From Octopus vulgaris (taxonomy: Eukaryota), in NCBI GenBank assembly GCA_951406725.2, contig OX597824.1, positions 2,976,001-3,040,000 of the forward strand: a stretch of DNA of 64,000 nucleotides, in the 5' to 3' direction. Each line of letters opens with the position of its first letter. Position 1 is the first letter of the stretch. Under the pieces are notes generated by a model, which was not told the origin of the DNA, searched no databases, and was given only the letters and a program-made list of their open reading frames with translations. Below, piece by piece: positions 1 to 12,224 of this stretch. Made by a program: the position numbers and the translations under genes.

Positions 1-194
1 CATTAAACAACATATACTCCACTCACTCCTTCATTCTGTCCCACTCGACGCCACAACACCCACCCCTCCCCGATACACTTCCCCTCATACTCACCCCACC
101 CTTCCGTTACTCCAACTCCCCCACGCACTTACTCCACCTCTCTCCCCTCCAAGCATTCCACTGCCCAACCCCTCCCACATCTAATCCATCCACC

Positions 195-460
195 CCTCCC
201 CACTTCAGTCTGTTGTTAGCATTCCTCCTGATCTTCCCTTCTCTGATACTGAGCGCTCGCTTCTCAGTAAAGTTCTGCACTTCACTCCCCCCCCACTCCA
301 TCCAGTAACGAATTTCAGACTCATGCTGATAGTGATAGCTTTGTGAGCCGCGTCAGGCCATATGCACTATTCCACAACACTCCATCTGCATCTAATGAAG
401 AGGATAGTTTAATTGACCTTGGCTGCCGACCGTCCCTTTGGACACCAGCTTCTGGCCAGA
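195..460 (+). mobile_element. Penelope-like retroelement ORF remnant (region N-terminal to RT)
   Basis: Translates with one frameshift to IPPDLPFSDTERSLLSKVLHFTP..NEFQTHADSDSFVSRVRPYALF..PSLWTPASGQ, matching the LSxxExxLLxKGLxFxP..F.RR.RL..F..S.W.P pattern of PLE ORFs. Confidence 0.6.
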
Positions 461-486
461 AAGAGAGAGAGGGAGAGAAGAAGAGA

Positions 487-900
487 GAGAAGCAACATAT
501 GAGATCGAGAGAATCTCCATATAGGAAACACCATTACGCGCTCAAAAGGTTTGAACTTACATTCCGAAATCTTTATCGAGGACCAAGATCAAAGACCAAA
601 TATCAAAATCTTAGAAGAATGTAATCGGCTCCTGTATCTAAAGCTGCTGAGAATTCAGTACAGATGGGTAGAGTAGGTTGTTCGAATGAAAGACGATCGC
701 ATACCAAAGAGAGTTCAATTATGGCCAACAAGTGGAGGGATATCGTGGTAAAGGAAGACCTGTCCTTGGGTAAAATAATAAGTCGAAGCAATCACTAAAA
801 TCTCAACAACTTAACTTGACATCTTGGGAAAGTCATTGCCGCGATCGATCTGCGTCGCGTAAAATGTGTCAGGATGCATAAAAACAATTTGAGTTGAAGA
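487..900 (+). mobile_element. Degenerate RTE-clade LINE 3' fragment
   Basis: Remnant peptides EFNYGQQVEGYRGKGRP and KQSLKSQQLNLTSWESHCRDRSASRKMC resemble the RTE ORF C-terminus; compare 14340-14520. Confidence 0.55.
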
Positions 901-945
901 ATCCATCGCAGGTGGATGCAGCTGCTTTTGATCTTTTATTTTTAA

Positions 946-947
946 AG

Positions 948-1006
<59 letters not shown>
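946..1006. repeat. (CT)n microsatellite
   Basis: Direct read. Confidence 0.95.
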
Positions 1007-1007
<1 letters not shown>

Positions 1008-1154
1008 AAATTCTCTTCTTCGAAACTCATACGTTGAAATTGATGGAAGTGACCATCATAAACATATAAAAGGATAAAAGAATATATATATATATATATA
1101 TATTTATTTATTCAGATTGTATAGGCTTAGCGGGGAAAAGGTATGGTGTTATGA

Positions 1155-1257
1155 GCGCAACAGCTGTTTCTGGGAGACCTGAGTTCACCAAAAATTCACA
1201 ACCAATAAAGAAATCAAGCAAACGCTGGACAACACCCAGCCTCCTTCTTCAAGGCGG
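1155..1257 (-). ncRNA. Decayed hammerhead-like motif with long branched stem II
   Basis: Minus strand reads cgc CUUGAAGA aGGAG..(about 70 nt)..CUCC ca GAAAC AGCU GUU gcg. Stem III is the palindrome ACAGCUGU. It lies about 50 bp from (TA)n at 1082-1102. Confidence 0.4.
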
Positions 1258-1738
1258 AGAATAAAGAAGCTAACCTGGTGGAACCCCGAACTATGTGGTC
1301 GGGAAACAAACATTTTAGGACTAACTTATATTTCGCATTTGCTGCTCTTCACCATCTTACACGACTGTAAACATTGCAGACCAAGCTTTCCCCATTTCCT
1401 ACACCAGCAAAGCACTTTCGAGCAGCACGCTTAAGTTCTTCATGCAGAAGACGTGCTCTCTCAAAGGTGTCGAAACCCTCCTTAACCCGCTTCGTCCATC
1501 TGTGGCAGATAATGTACACTTACAAAAAACAGTTATACGTAGTTGCAGAAAGAGAAAAATATCAACAGACGCAGTCAACACGGCTGACAATAGGCTAACA
1601 GGATTAATGTAGAAAACAAGGCGATAGCAATTATCGTTGTAATGAAGAGATGAAATTAAGGGTCATTTAAATTTGGCCAAGACAAGACTAAAAGAAAACT
1701 CGGAAACGCTTAATTAAACAACAGAAGCATTGCTAATA

Positions 1739-1740
<2 letters not shown>

Positions 1741-1803
<63 letters not shown>

Positions 1804-1846
1804 CGTGCGTGTGGGTTCGAGTGAGTGAGTGTGTGTGTGTGCGTGT
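1741..1846. repeat. (GT)n microsatellite
   Basis: Direct read. Confidence 0.95.
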
Positions 1847-2255
1847 ATTTGTTGGGGTGAAATCATTAATTCATATACAGATATTAATTCCATCCTATCA
1901 TTTGTAAGTGCAAGACACCTGTATCAAATACACATATAGACACACATCCGGGCATTCAAAGCTTGTGTGGAAGGTTCCTCTGTCCGAAATAGAACGAAAA
2001 GAGTCCAAAACTGCTATTATAAATTTCTAAATATATTCCTCGTCTTCACCTTTTCAAATGGGAACGTTGCATGAAATTCTGAAACTTCGCCAGCATCTGT
2101 CTAAATTGTATTCACAAGGAGCAATAATTATGATGAGATAAGGAGCCCTTAACTACGAATATTGAAATATATTTAATTAAACTGTAATATACACGTACCT
2201 ACATTTGGGATAAATCTCTCTCTCCCTCTCTCTCTCTTTCTCCCACTCTCACTCT

Positions 2256-2670
<415 letters not shown>

Positions 2671-3054
2671 GCCCAATTTTGTATCTTATAATATATAAAT
2701 GGTAAGATTAAGATAGCGGTTGATATTTTTAGGTTGAGTTAATTAACATTTAACATATGCACAATTAAACAGAGATGCGTGGCAAACAGAATTATTTTTA
2801 GAGATAGTAAATGTTTGTCCTTGAACCTACTAACTAGTAAACCATTATTCCCAGAAGGGAAATGGCCCAACTGGAAATTCTTCAACTAATACTGTTCATA
2901 AAATCAACGAGTGATTATCCTACGTTGAGAAGAGATGGGTGTTTCGTTTGTAGAAATTTACCTAATCGAGGTGACCTTTGACCTTTTATTGTAATTATAA
3001 ACGGTGCTGTATAGTATTTCTCGGAGTTTCTTCACACTACAAAACATACTACAC

Positions 3055-3087
<33 letters not shown>

Positions 3088-3224
3088 TATATATATGAGA
3101 GATAGAGAGAGAGAGAGAAAGAAAGAGTGAAAGAGAATAAAGAAATTCACGAACTCAAGAAGGTTGTCAGGATATCTTAGAGAATTGGGTAAATACCTTT
3201 TATAAGATGAGTCAAAGTGGCCAG

Positions 3225-3290
3225 CGAGCCTGCGTGGGAATCAAATCCCGCTCCTCTCAAATTCCGGCTGAGCGCTCTAAACCGTTAAAG
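3225..3290 (-). pseudogene. tRNA-derived pseudogene or SINE head
   Basis: Minus strand: ttaacggtttagagcgct (A-box-like), ctcag-ccggaat-ttgag arm, gcggga-tttgatt-cccac (decayed B box/T arm). Acceptor stem not intact. Confidence 0.4.
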
Positions 3291-3450
3291 TAAAATTATC
3301 ACTGACGACAGATTGCGCCTTCTTATAGCTTTTGGGAATGTAGAAGCATTTTGTAAAGAAACTATTAAGCGCCGCGCATGTCGATATGGACATATGGATA
3401 TATACATACATACATACATACATGCATATATATATATATATACATATATA

Positions 3451-3855
3451 AAAAATTCAGGGTGAATACTTGATAACTGTAAGCACCTGTATATGCCAGT
3501 TAGTGGAGTAGGTGATAGGGTATATTTATCAAAAGAAAAACAGGATGCAAAGGGTTTAGCGGTACATATGTTTCTGGCTTTATTGGACAGTTTATATCAA
3601 TGCATAATTGATGTAACATGTATGTCAATAGCCTTCTTCAGCCGCGCACAATTACCACACCAAAGACATGTATTACATTATAGCAGGTTTGAGAAGAAGT
3701 TTGGGAAAAAGACGAGTTACGTTGGGGATGCAAATCCTCATAGTCGTACATAGCAAAGCGAGACACCAAAACAAAACGTCCGTACCGTTTTTTCACTCTT
3801 CACTCTAAATGTACCGCTAAATCCTTTGCATCCTGTTTTTCTTTTGATAAATATA
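3451..3855 (-). mobile_element. PLE-type terminus with hammerhead and 47-bp inverted repeat, flanked by (TA)n
   Basis: 3521-3567 is the reverse complement of 3809-3855 (1 mismatch). TA/CATA tracts flank both sides. HHR at 3559-3645. Confidence 0.65.
3559..3645 (-). ncRNA. Type I hammerhead ribozyme with ~60-nt stem II
   Basis: Minus strand: gcgg CUGAAGA a GGC-UAUUG..UUACAUCAAU uaugc AUUGAUAUAA..CAAUA aa GCC a GAAA C AUAU GUA^ccgc. Core intact, stem I gcgg/ccgc, palindromic stem III ACAUAUGU. Confidence 0.7.
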
Positions 3856-4039
3856 TACATATATATATAAATAGATAGATAGAGAGATAGATAAATAAAT
3901 GCATACATACATGCATACATACATATCTCACCATCTATAAGAAAAACAGAAGCATGATGCAATTTACTCTGCCCGAAATTTGGAAGCGACAGAATCAGCA
4001 ATGCGAATATTTGAGAGTGGCTGTGTGTTGATTTGAGGA

Positions 4040-4247
4040 CAGTGCCATATGAGGACATGTACCGAGGGGGATAAAAAGCGAGCATCCAGTCAACCTCATG
4101 GTGTTTGGAGTGATCACAAGTGATGGTGGCATCATACCTCCATCCATTTTTCCACACAGCCTCAGACTCAAAAGGGTGGCCTACATCAAGTACCTGTAGG
4201 AGGTAGTGTTGCCCTGGGTCAAGATGGTGGCTGCTAGAAGACCGTAT
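4040..4247 (+). mobile_element. Tc1/mariner-superfamily transposase fragment (pseudogene)
   Basis: Translates EHPVNLMVFGVITSDGGIIPPSIFPHSLRLKRVAYIKYL*EVVLPWVKMVAARRPY, the region preceding the QQDxAP catalytic motif; contains an internal stop. Confidence 0.75.
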
Positions 4248-4294
4248 CGAAGACCCTATGGAAGACCGAATTTAGACGACAGTTTATTAACCGC

Positions 4295-4813
4295 ACCCGG
4301 TATATATAAGAGGACTACACAAACAACCTACTACTGTTATATAACACCCGTCTTTTTCTTATTCTTTCCTTTCTTTTCCTGCTCACTCTTCTTCTTCTCC
4401 TTCTTCTTCTTTTTCTTCTTCTTTTTCTTCTTCTTCTTCTTCTTCTTCTTCTTCATCTTCTTCTTCTTCTTCTTCTTCTTCTTCGCCGTCTCCTTCCTCA
4501 GCTACTGATGCTTAAACAATCAAACCCAAGAACCCACATCCCTCATGTTAAATATTTCTTCAGATCTGCTACTACCTACCTACCGAGCCTTCACAAAAAT
4601 AAAAGAGCAAGACAGACAGACAGAAAAAAAGGAAAATGTCCCATGTATTAGAAAACAAAGGAAATATTTTTGAAAACATTTCATTTAATTTTCCCCCAAT
4701 TTAATTGTTTTTCATGTTTTGCTCTAAGTTGAAAAAGTCGCAAAGTCTGAAACCGGCACTAAAATGTTCTTCAAGATAAAATTATTTTAGCATTTCTACC
4801 TTGTCCTATTTTC

Positions 4814-4815
<2 letters not shown>
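4295..4815 (+). mobile_element. PLE 3' UTR/pLTR fragment with internal (TTC)n, ending at (TA)n
   Basis: Homologous to 21520-21990 (downstream of a GIY-YIG remnant) and to the inverted copy at 29216-29408. Decayed HHR-like UUGAAAA..GAAACCGG at 4729-4757. Confidence 0.6.
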
Positions 4816-4858
<43 letters not shown>

Positions 4859-5314
4859 ATATGTATGTATGTATTATGTATATATATGTATGCATATGTT
4901 TGTGTGTGAGTGTGTGCGTCTGTAAATGATATCTAGATTACGCAAAAATGAAAATAACACTATCTTTTTTTAACATTCAAATACCTTGAAAAATAAGAAG
5001 TAAATTTATTCAATAAAATTTTTGGTTTTGTTAAACGAAGTTAAGGTAAAAAAAAAACAACTTCTTGAGAAACCAAATAGTCTTTCCTTCCTTCATGCCA
5101 AGTTTGAAGAAAATATCTCTTTTGCATCTTACTTTTTTGGTCTCTTAAATATACTGCATTTTGTGACATTATTTCAAGCCAGCCGGCTTTTTTGCGCAAA
5201 CTGCACGTGCATTTTCCTCGCGTACGCGTAGTATCGATCGCAACAGCTGATGTACTTGCGCGATTATAAATGCACGTTCCCACGGCTTTATCGATTTTTG
5301 TAATTTTTTCAAGA

Positions 5315-5354
<40 letters not shown>

Positions 5355-5409
5355 GACATACACACATGCATCATACATACATACATACATACATACACAC
5401 ATACGTACA

Positions 5410-5480
<71 letters not shown>

Positions 5481-6883
5481 CCATCAATTTGGGGCAGGTG
5501 GCTGATTCAAGATATATACCACAGATGTAACAAACGTTGCCAAATAAGCATTTGGATATTAGAGTAAAAGAAAATGGTAAATTCTGTGATAAAGAAAGAG
5601 AAACATAAAGCAGTAAGCATTCTGAAAGATATTGTTTAGTCTGATAATATTATATTAATAATGGTGAAGCTTTGTAAGTGGTGCAGGAATCTTGATTAAT
5701 TTGTTCACTGACTGCAAATTGTCTTCAAGTTGAACTTTCAACGCAAACATCTTTGACAAGTTTATTTCTCTTATTATTGTCATGTGTTCATCTTGTAAGT
5801 GAAATTTGAAGTTTGGTAAACTGTAATTGGGAGGAATCAAAGAGACCGTTCTTGTCTTTGGGTTGTAGATGTACCCCGTCCTCCGGTTGACCCCCACCGT
5901 TTGATTTCGACCTTCCTTTGACGGAGATTATCCAGTTACAAATATTCTCTCCTTGGTCCAGAATAAAGTCTTGGCAGCCGTTTTCGGTAAAGTTCAACAA
6001 AGATAGAACTCAAAATAAAAAGCATCATACATTAAATATATCAAATTTTAAAATTTAAATCCACCAAAATTTCCGATTCGATTTGAAAACAATCACCTGA
6101 ATGCAAAACGGTAAAATAAAAGAACTCGAAAGCAATATCGTATTTAATAAAAGGAATGTCTCTAAGTTGATGGAGGTAATAAAAGCAAGTTAATATCGGA
6201 CAAGTATGTTAGGAAAATCCCATGACACAAATTGTTCTCTATTTGATTTAGTCTTCAAACCTGGCGTTAATCAAGATAGAATTCTGTCTGCAACACAATA
6301 AATTAAAGAATAGCCAGCGTTCTATGGAAGTTCCTTTGTCATTTGCATTTCATAGTTTTCTTGCTTCTATTTATTGTGAAACCTAGAAGAGGAAATGTAA
6401 AATACATTTATATATTTTTTGTCTTGTAATCAAACTTATAAATGCATTTATTAGAATTGAGAAAGATGCTACGCATGCGCATTGATGCAAGCATCTACAT
6501 ACAGCCACGAGCAGAAACAAATACATGGAAACCCACATACTCATGTGCGCACATACATCTACAATTGAAAATACATCACAAATAGACACAGATTATTGGG
6601 AAAACAATATGCTTCTAGTCTTGTGTTTTGTTTAATTTCATAATGGAAGCTTGCAAATGTCATGCAGGCGAGAAAATAATTCAATAAGTGTTATTTTGCT
6701 GGCCGAATGGGACAATTTACACCTCTCACCTGCAGTATTTTCTTTATATATTCCAATTCAATAGAAAACCAACATAATGATTTTAACCCTACAATTCCTA
6801 AATAAATTTTTCTGTAAAAAAAAGTATAAGGGAAATTAACAGATTTTATTTTAAATATCAGGTATTTATCGTATTGAGGGTGA

Positions 6884-7120
6884 GCTTTATCCGTTGACCT
6901 TTATCCGTTGAGCATGTCGCTTAGTGGCTGACAATATGTGCATCTCTGATCATGAGCAGAAGTTGTGGGGGAGCATCTCAGGCATGAGTTGAGAGGGATT
7001 CTTTGGAGTTTGAATAATTCATCTCTGAAAACATGGGTGTTTTGTTCATCATCCTTAGACAAACATTATCCAGGGATGTTTGGAGCGGAATGGGCTACTC
7101 AACCTGAAGAGAATTCCAAC
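6884..7120 (+). mobile_element. Interspersed repeat (family E, SINE/LINE-like)
   Basis: ttgagcatgtc.cttagtg.ctgac.atatgtgcatctctgatca.gag core also occurs inverted at 24210-24455; followed by (TAG)n. Confidence 0.6.
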
Positions 7121-7121
7121 T

Positions 7122-7318
<197 letters not shown>

Positions 7319-7615
7319 TTTGAATAAAACAATGAGAATTTAAAATTGAAATGTAATTGGGAATTAGAAATAGCGGCTAATCTCCTCTAAAATCATTCTG
7401 TCCAATATTATAAAAGGAATGACATTTTGGATAATGTACTCACATACCCATAGAGTCTATATGAAAGTTAAAAAATCGAAGAGGATTGTCGCGGTTGGAA
7501 TGCTTTGCGTCACAGCTGTACACATAAGAGCACTACAAGTAATTTAGTAATTTTACTAGCAAAATACACAACCTTAGATTTACAGTCGAAGGGACATGAG
7601 AGTGTATGGTATTGA

Positions 7616-7845
7616 GGCGGCGAGCTGGCAGAAACGTTAGCACGACGGGCGAAATGCTTAGCGGTATTTCGTCTGCGTTACGTTCTGAGTTCAAATTCCG
7701 CCGAGGTCGACTTTGCCTTTCATCCTTTCGGGGTCGATAAATTAAGTACCAGTTACGCAGTGGGCTCGATGTAATCGACTTAATACCTATGTCTGTCCTT
7801 GTTTGTCCCCTCTGTGTTTGGCCCCTTGTGGGTAATAAAGAAATA
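7616..7845 (+). mobile_element. tRNA-derived SINE, family A (full length)
   Basis: ggcggcgagctggcagaaacgttagc head, B-box-like gagttcaaattc, central gcctttcatcctttcggggtcgataaa motif, TSD ggtatt. At least 6 further copies in the window. Confidence 0.9.
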
Positions 7846-8904
7846 GGTATTCATGCATCTCCCAAGGATATTTGAAGTAAAAGTTCCATACATCTGAGAA
7901 GTGATACCGTTCTTTTGCAACAACCGTTTGGTTTTCTTTACGTAAACTCGGCTAAAATCTGGAAAGAATATTATTGATTGCATTGACAAAAATGTTTTTT
8001 AGATGGTGGAAATTATGAATTCAAAGAAAGTAAACGGCAGAAAATAGCAGTCCTGGACTTTGTATAAGTCTGACTGAGAACTAATTGTTAATGTACGCAA
8101 GGATAAGTATTTGTCTGAGGAAAAAATAAACGGAATGAAAATTATTTTTTCTCTCCGTATTCTTTTCAATAAAGAAATGAAATGCCTTTTCGTGTTACGA
8201 CAGTGAGATAAAATTCTGAATACATTAAAATGCGATGGATGAATTCAGACGGCAAAGAATGAATGAAAAGAATTAGAACACTACTTTAGAAAGTTGTGTA
8301 CAAATTAAGACATGTGTTGAATGTGAAAATTAAATCTGATTAAAATGAATAAAGAAAAGAAAAGCTGGGTATTAGAAGCATCTTATTTGTAGGACTCTCA
8401 TCATGTATTTCAGTCTTAGAATATTTTATTCTAACTTCTTAAAGAAGTAATATCACAAAATGTAGCAAGTACAACGTGAGTATGAAAGTGTCTCCGTTGA
8501 TCTAACATAAAAGGTACTCGAAAACAGTTCGTTTGTTAGGACGAGCTGAATAACTCACTTCAGCGAATGTTTGGCAATACTCTTTGCCTCACTGAATACT
8601 GTGTGTTTGGATGTAAATATAACATGTTTGTGATGATAATACATATTAATCCTTTGCTTGCAGAGAAAGCCTTTCAATGTTATTACAATGAAAATGAGGA
8701 AAGCCATATTTTACGAGATTAAAACAAAACAATAAGCAAATCGTTAAGAACTTCTACAGAGAAACAACTGCAGTTCATTTGATTTCAAAAAGATTGAATA
8801 CATAATTAAAAAGCAAAAGAACTGAAGGAAACATTGAGGTTAATTACTCAGAGACGTCATCCGCGTGGAAAACTATAACTAAGATCTTACCATATTTCAT
8901 ATGT

Positions 8905-9073
8905 AACGTAAAATCTTTGCAACAAAGACGAAGACAGGTGGTGTACAAAACAAACAGATGTATTAGTATAACACTCAGGAATAGAAACAGTCTTTTATGT
9001 TTCGAGCCTACGCTCTTCTACAGAAAGGGACACAGAAAAACAAGGAGACAAACAAAGGGAGGAAAAAAGGAGA

Positions 9074-9075
<2 letters not shown>
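8905..9075 (-). mobile_element. PLE-type 3' terminus (family P1) with minimal hammerhead at 8991-9028
   Basis: Homologous to 20165-20315 and 58077-58285. Minus strand ccuuu CUGUAGA a GAGC guag GCUC GAAAC AUA aaaga. Abuts (TA)n. Confidence 0.6.
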
Positions 9076-9141
<66 letters not shown>

Positions 9142-9215
9142 AATATTAGGGAATGAATCCAAAATTACAGGGAAAAATCAGATTTAGGGTTAAATCCAAT
9201 TTTATAATAAAATAT

Positions 9216-9346
9216 TATATAATATAATTCGAGACAAAACCACTATTTTAAAACCAAACAATGAAAGACTTAATCAATACATAAACTTTTATGTATTGAT
9301 TAAGTCTTTCCTTGTTTGGTTTTAAAATAGTGGTTTTGTCTCGAAT

Positions 9347-9357
<11 letters not shown>
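9216..9357. repeat. ~70-bp-arm hairpin (inverted repeat, 2-nt spacer) between (TA)n tracts
   Basis: 9216-9285 is the reverse complement of 9288-9357 with one mismatch. Confidence 0.9.
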
Positions 9358-9411
<54 letters not shown>

Positions 9412-10001
9412 ATAAGATATTATTTGTAGATGAATTCGCTTAGAGACACATGGTTAATGAAAATAATTCTTTACATCTATCTCGATGCTTCCGCATATGA
9501 GTTTTAAATGTAAACAGCTTTTCTCGTTGGTAAGATTAAAGTGTTTAATTAAAAAAAGAAACAAAGAACGGGACCAGACTTAGTTGTACATCTGTCTGGA
9601 TTGTAGAACACACATAGTTTGAGCCCCGAAACCATCTTCCTGCTTTTTGGTTCTTGCAAGGGTTTTACTTTTTTTGAAACATATTTTAAACACGAATTGT
9701 TGAATCTTATACACTTTGTTTATTTGTAGTATCATAATATCTTAAACTTTTAATGGTTCTTAGAAATTTTACAAATGTTTTTGTCTTTATGCCGAATATC
9801 GATTTAAAGTCAGTTTGGATGGCTCCATTCTTATCCCAGTTGAAAATTAAGGCTGGAGATATCAGATGGATGGAGAAGCGAAGAGAAATTACTTGACAAG
9901 CGATAAAATCTGTGTCAGACATAATATCTCAAGTACATGTCATTGAAATTTGGTGGTTTATCAGTTTCCGTGTTCTTTATAATTATTTGAAATATGTGTG
10001 T

Positions 10002-10033
<32 letters not shown>

Positions 10034-10034
<1 letters not shown>

Positions 10035-10336
10035 GAGGCACATGGCCTAGTAGTTAGAGCAGCGGACTCGCGGTCGAGGGATCGCGAGTTCGAATCTCAG
10101 ACCGGGCGTTTATGCGTGTGTTTATGAGCGAAGCATCTAAGCTCCACGCGGCTCCGGCAGAAGGTAATGGCGACCTTCTGCTGATTCTTTCGCCACAACT
10201 TTCTCTCACTCTTTCCTCCTGCATCTTGCAGCTCACCTGTGACGGACCGGCGTCCCGTCCAGATGGGAACCCTATATGCCAAGGGACCCGGGAAATCGGC
10301 CCTCATGAGCCAGGCGTGGCTCGAGAAGGAACAAAC
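10034..10336 (+). mobile_element. tRNA-derived SINE, family B
   Basis: A box tggcctagtagttagagc, B box gagttcgaatc; near-identical inverted copy at 53335-53630. Confidence 0.9.
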
Positions 10337-11206
10337 ACACATATATATATATAATTACCGGGAGTTTAAAACTACATCTCACAGATTCAATGTGTTAGCA
10401 TTGATCAGCGATAATGCGTCACAAGAGACCTTAATGACAATTTTAACCGAGTGATGGACAATCCGCCCAAACGTTAATGCTTCGTAACTTTCCTTTTGTT
10501 CTACATACCGATTGTGGTCAAGACACTTCGATCCTGACGGCCAAACATATCTTTCTGTATATAAGCGCACGAATAAGATAATATAGCTTGTTATTACAAA
10601 CAATACTTCGTAATCGGGCAAGTATATCTTCAGTATTTTGGAGCTGAATTAAAATTAGCCACAAGAAAATTCAACCAAAAATAGATTAGTGTTCTACCCA
10701 GTGGAACAATGTCTCTCTTCTATTTAACGCCACTAAAACTAAACCAGACTAGATACTTTTAATTTGAAAACGAAATATATTACAGTTATTGCTGAAGCTA
10801 CAAATTGCAGTTCAAATTTGTTAACGAGTCAAAATTAGGCAACTGATAAATATACTAGACTGTCATTTAGTGAATTATTTTAATAACCGTCTGTGCGAAA
10901 GAACATTTCTGTGGTTAATTTACACGTGAAATATGATTGGTAATGATTACCACCAACTGTAATATCAGGGAGTTCGAAAGAACTGTTTCTGAATTCTCAA
11001 AACTGACTAGTTTTAAGAGAAAATTGTGTCAGTTACTTAATATATGTATTTCTAGAAATATTTATTCAAAAGGGTTTAGTTTTCTGATTGACAAACTTTG
11101 CTTGCGAAAATAAGCTAAAATCTCAAAGATCCTAAATACTCTATATGGAAATTTAGCGAAAAGATGGCACCCAAAATATATTAAATCAAATCGCTAGAAA
11201 TAGACA

Positions 11207-11259
<53 letters not shown>

Positions 11260-11457
11260 TATACATATATATACATACATACATACATACATACATGCAT
11301 ACATACATATACACATACATACATATACATACATACTTACATACATACATAAATACATACATACATATATGTATACGTGTTTTCAGATTGATATATGTAT
11401 ACATATATACATACATATATATATATATACTTTGATACTTTGATAGGTTTCGGCCAT

Positions 11458-11489
<32 letters not shown>

Positions 11490-11606
11490 TACAAACATCT
11501 ACAAACACGTATATGAATATTATACATACATATATATATATTTATATACATACATACATATATACATACATACATACGTCACATATATATGTGTGTGTGT
11601 GTGTGC
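11207..11606. repeat. Compound (TA)n/(CATA)n/(GT)n low-complexity region
   Basis: Direct read. Confidence 0.9.
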
Positions 11607-12224
11607 GAAGGTATGTGTATGCACGCGTCTCTCTGCGTTCTTGTTCTTTCGAAACGTAATCTCGGCGGTATTTCAGAAGGATTCTAATAAAACCGAAACA
11701 TTTAATGCTTCCTTGATTTCATTTTGATTGAAAAAATACCAACAGTAAATAAATAAGGCTTTGTTTATAAAACATCCTGCTTCGTGCGATATTCATTGCT
11801 TCAGCTGGTTGCGAGGCGATACATTTCCGCCGATGCAATATAAATAGCCTTAGCCTATATTGTATTTATAATCGAAATACTGTTCCTGACATCGGAAACC
11901 GTTGGTCGTAATTATCATGTTTTCACCGGTAAGAATCGTTATTGCAACATGATTTATATTTGTTCCGAGATTTCTCGGTAATTATCACCAAGAGTGGATT
12001 AAAAGACTTGGTAGAGCAACGGAGCAGATGCTTTGCAGCATGTGTTTCGACTCTTTACGTTCTGCGTTCAAATCATGTCGCGCCAGCGTTGCCTCTCGTC
12101 ATTGCTAGGGCCCATAAAATAAAAAGCCCATCAATTATTGGGTTTATGTCATTGATTTATCCTCCTTTCCAAGATCTCACCTCTGGTATCAGCTGGATCT
12201 CATCATTACACGAAGATCCTTTCT

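Noticed and set aside
10034-10110. tRNA gene
   Set aside because: tRNA-like SINE head: no closed acceptor stem or terminator, and it continues into a repeated SINE body. Same for the other SINE heads.
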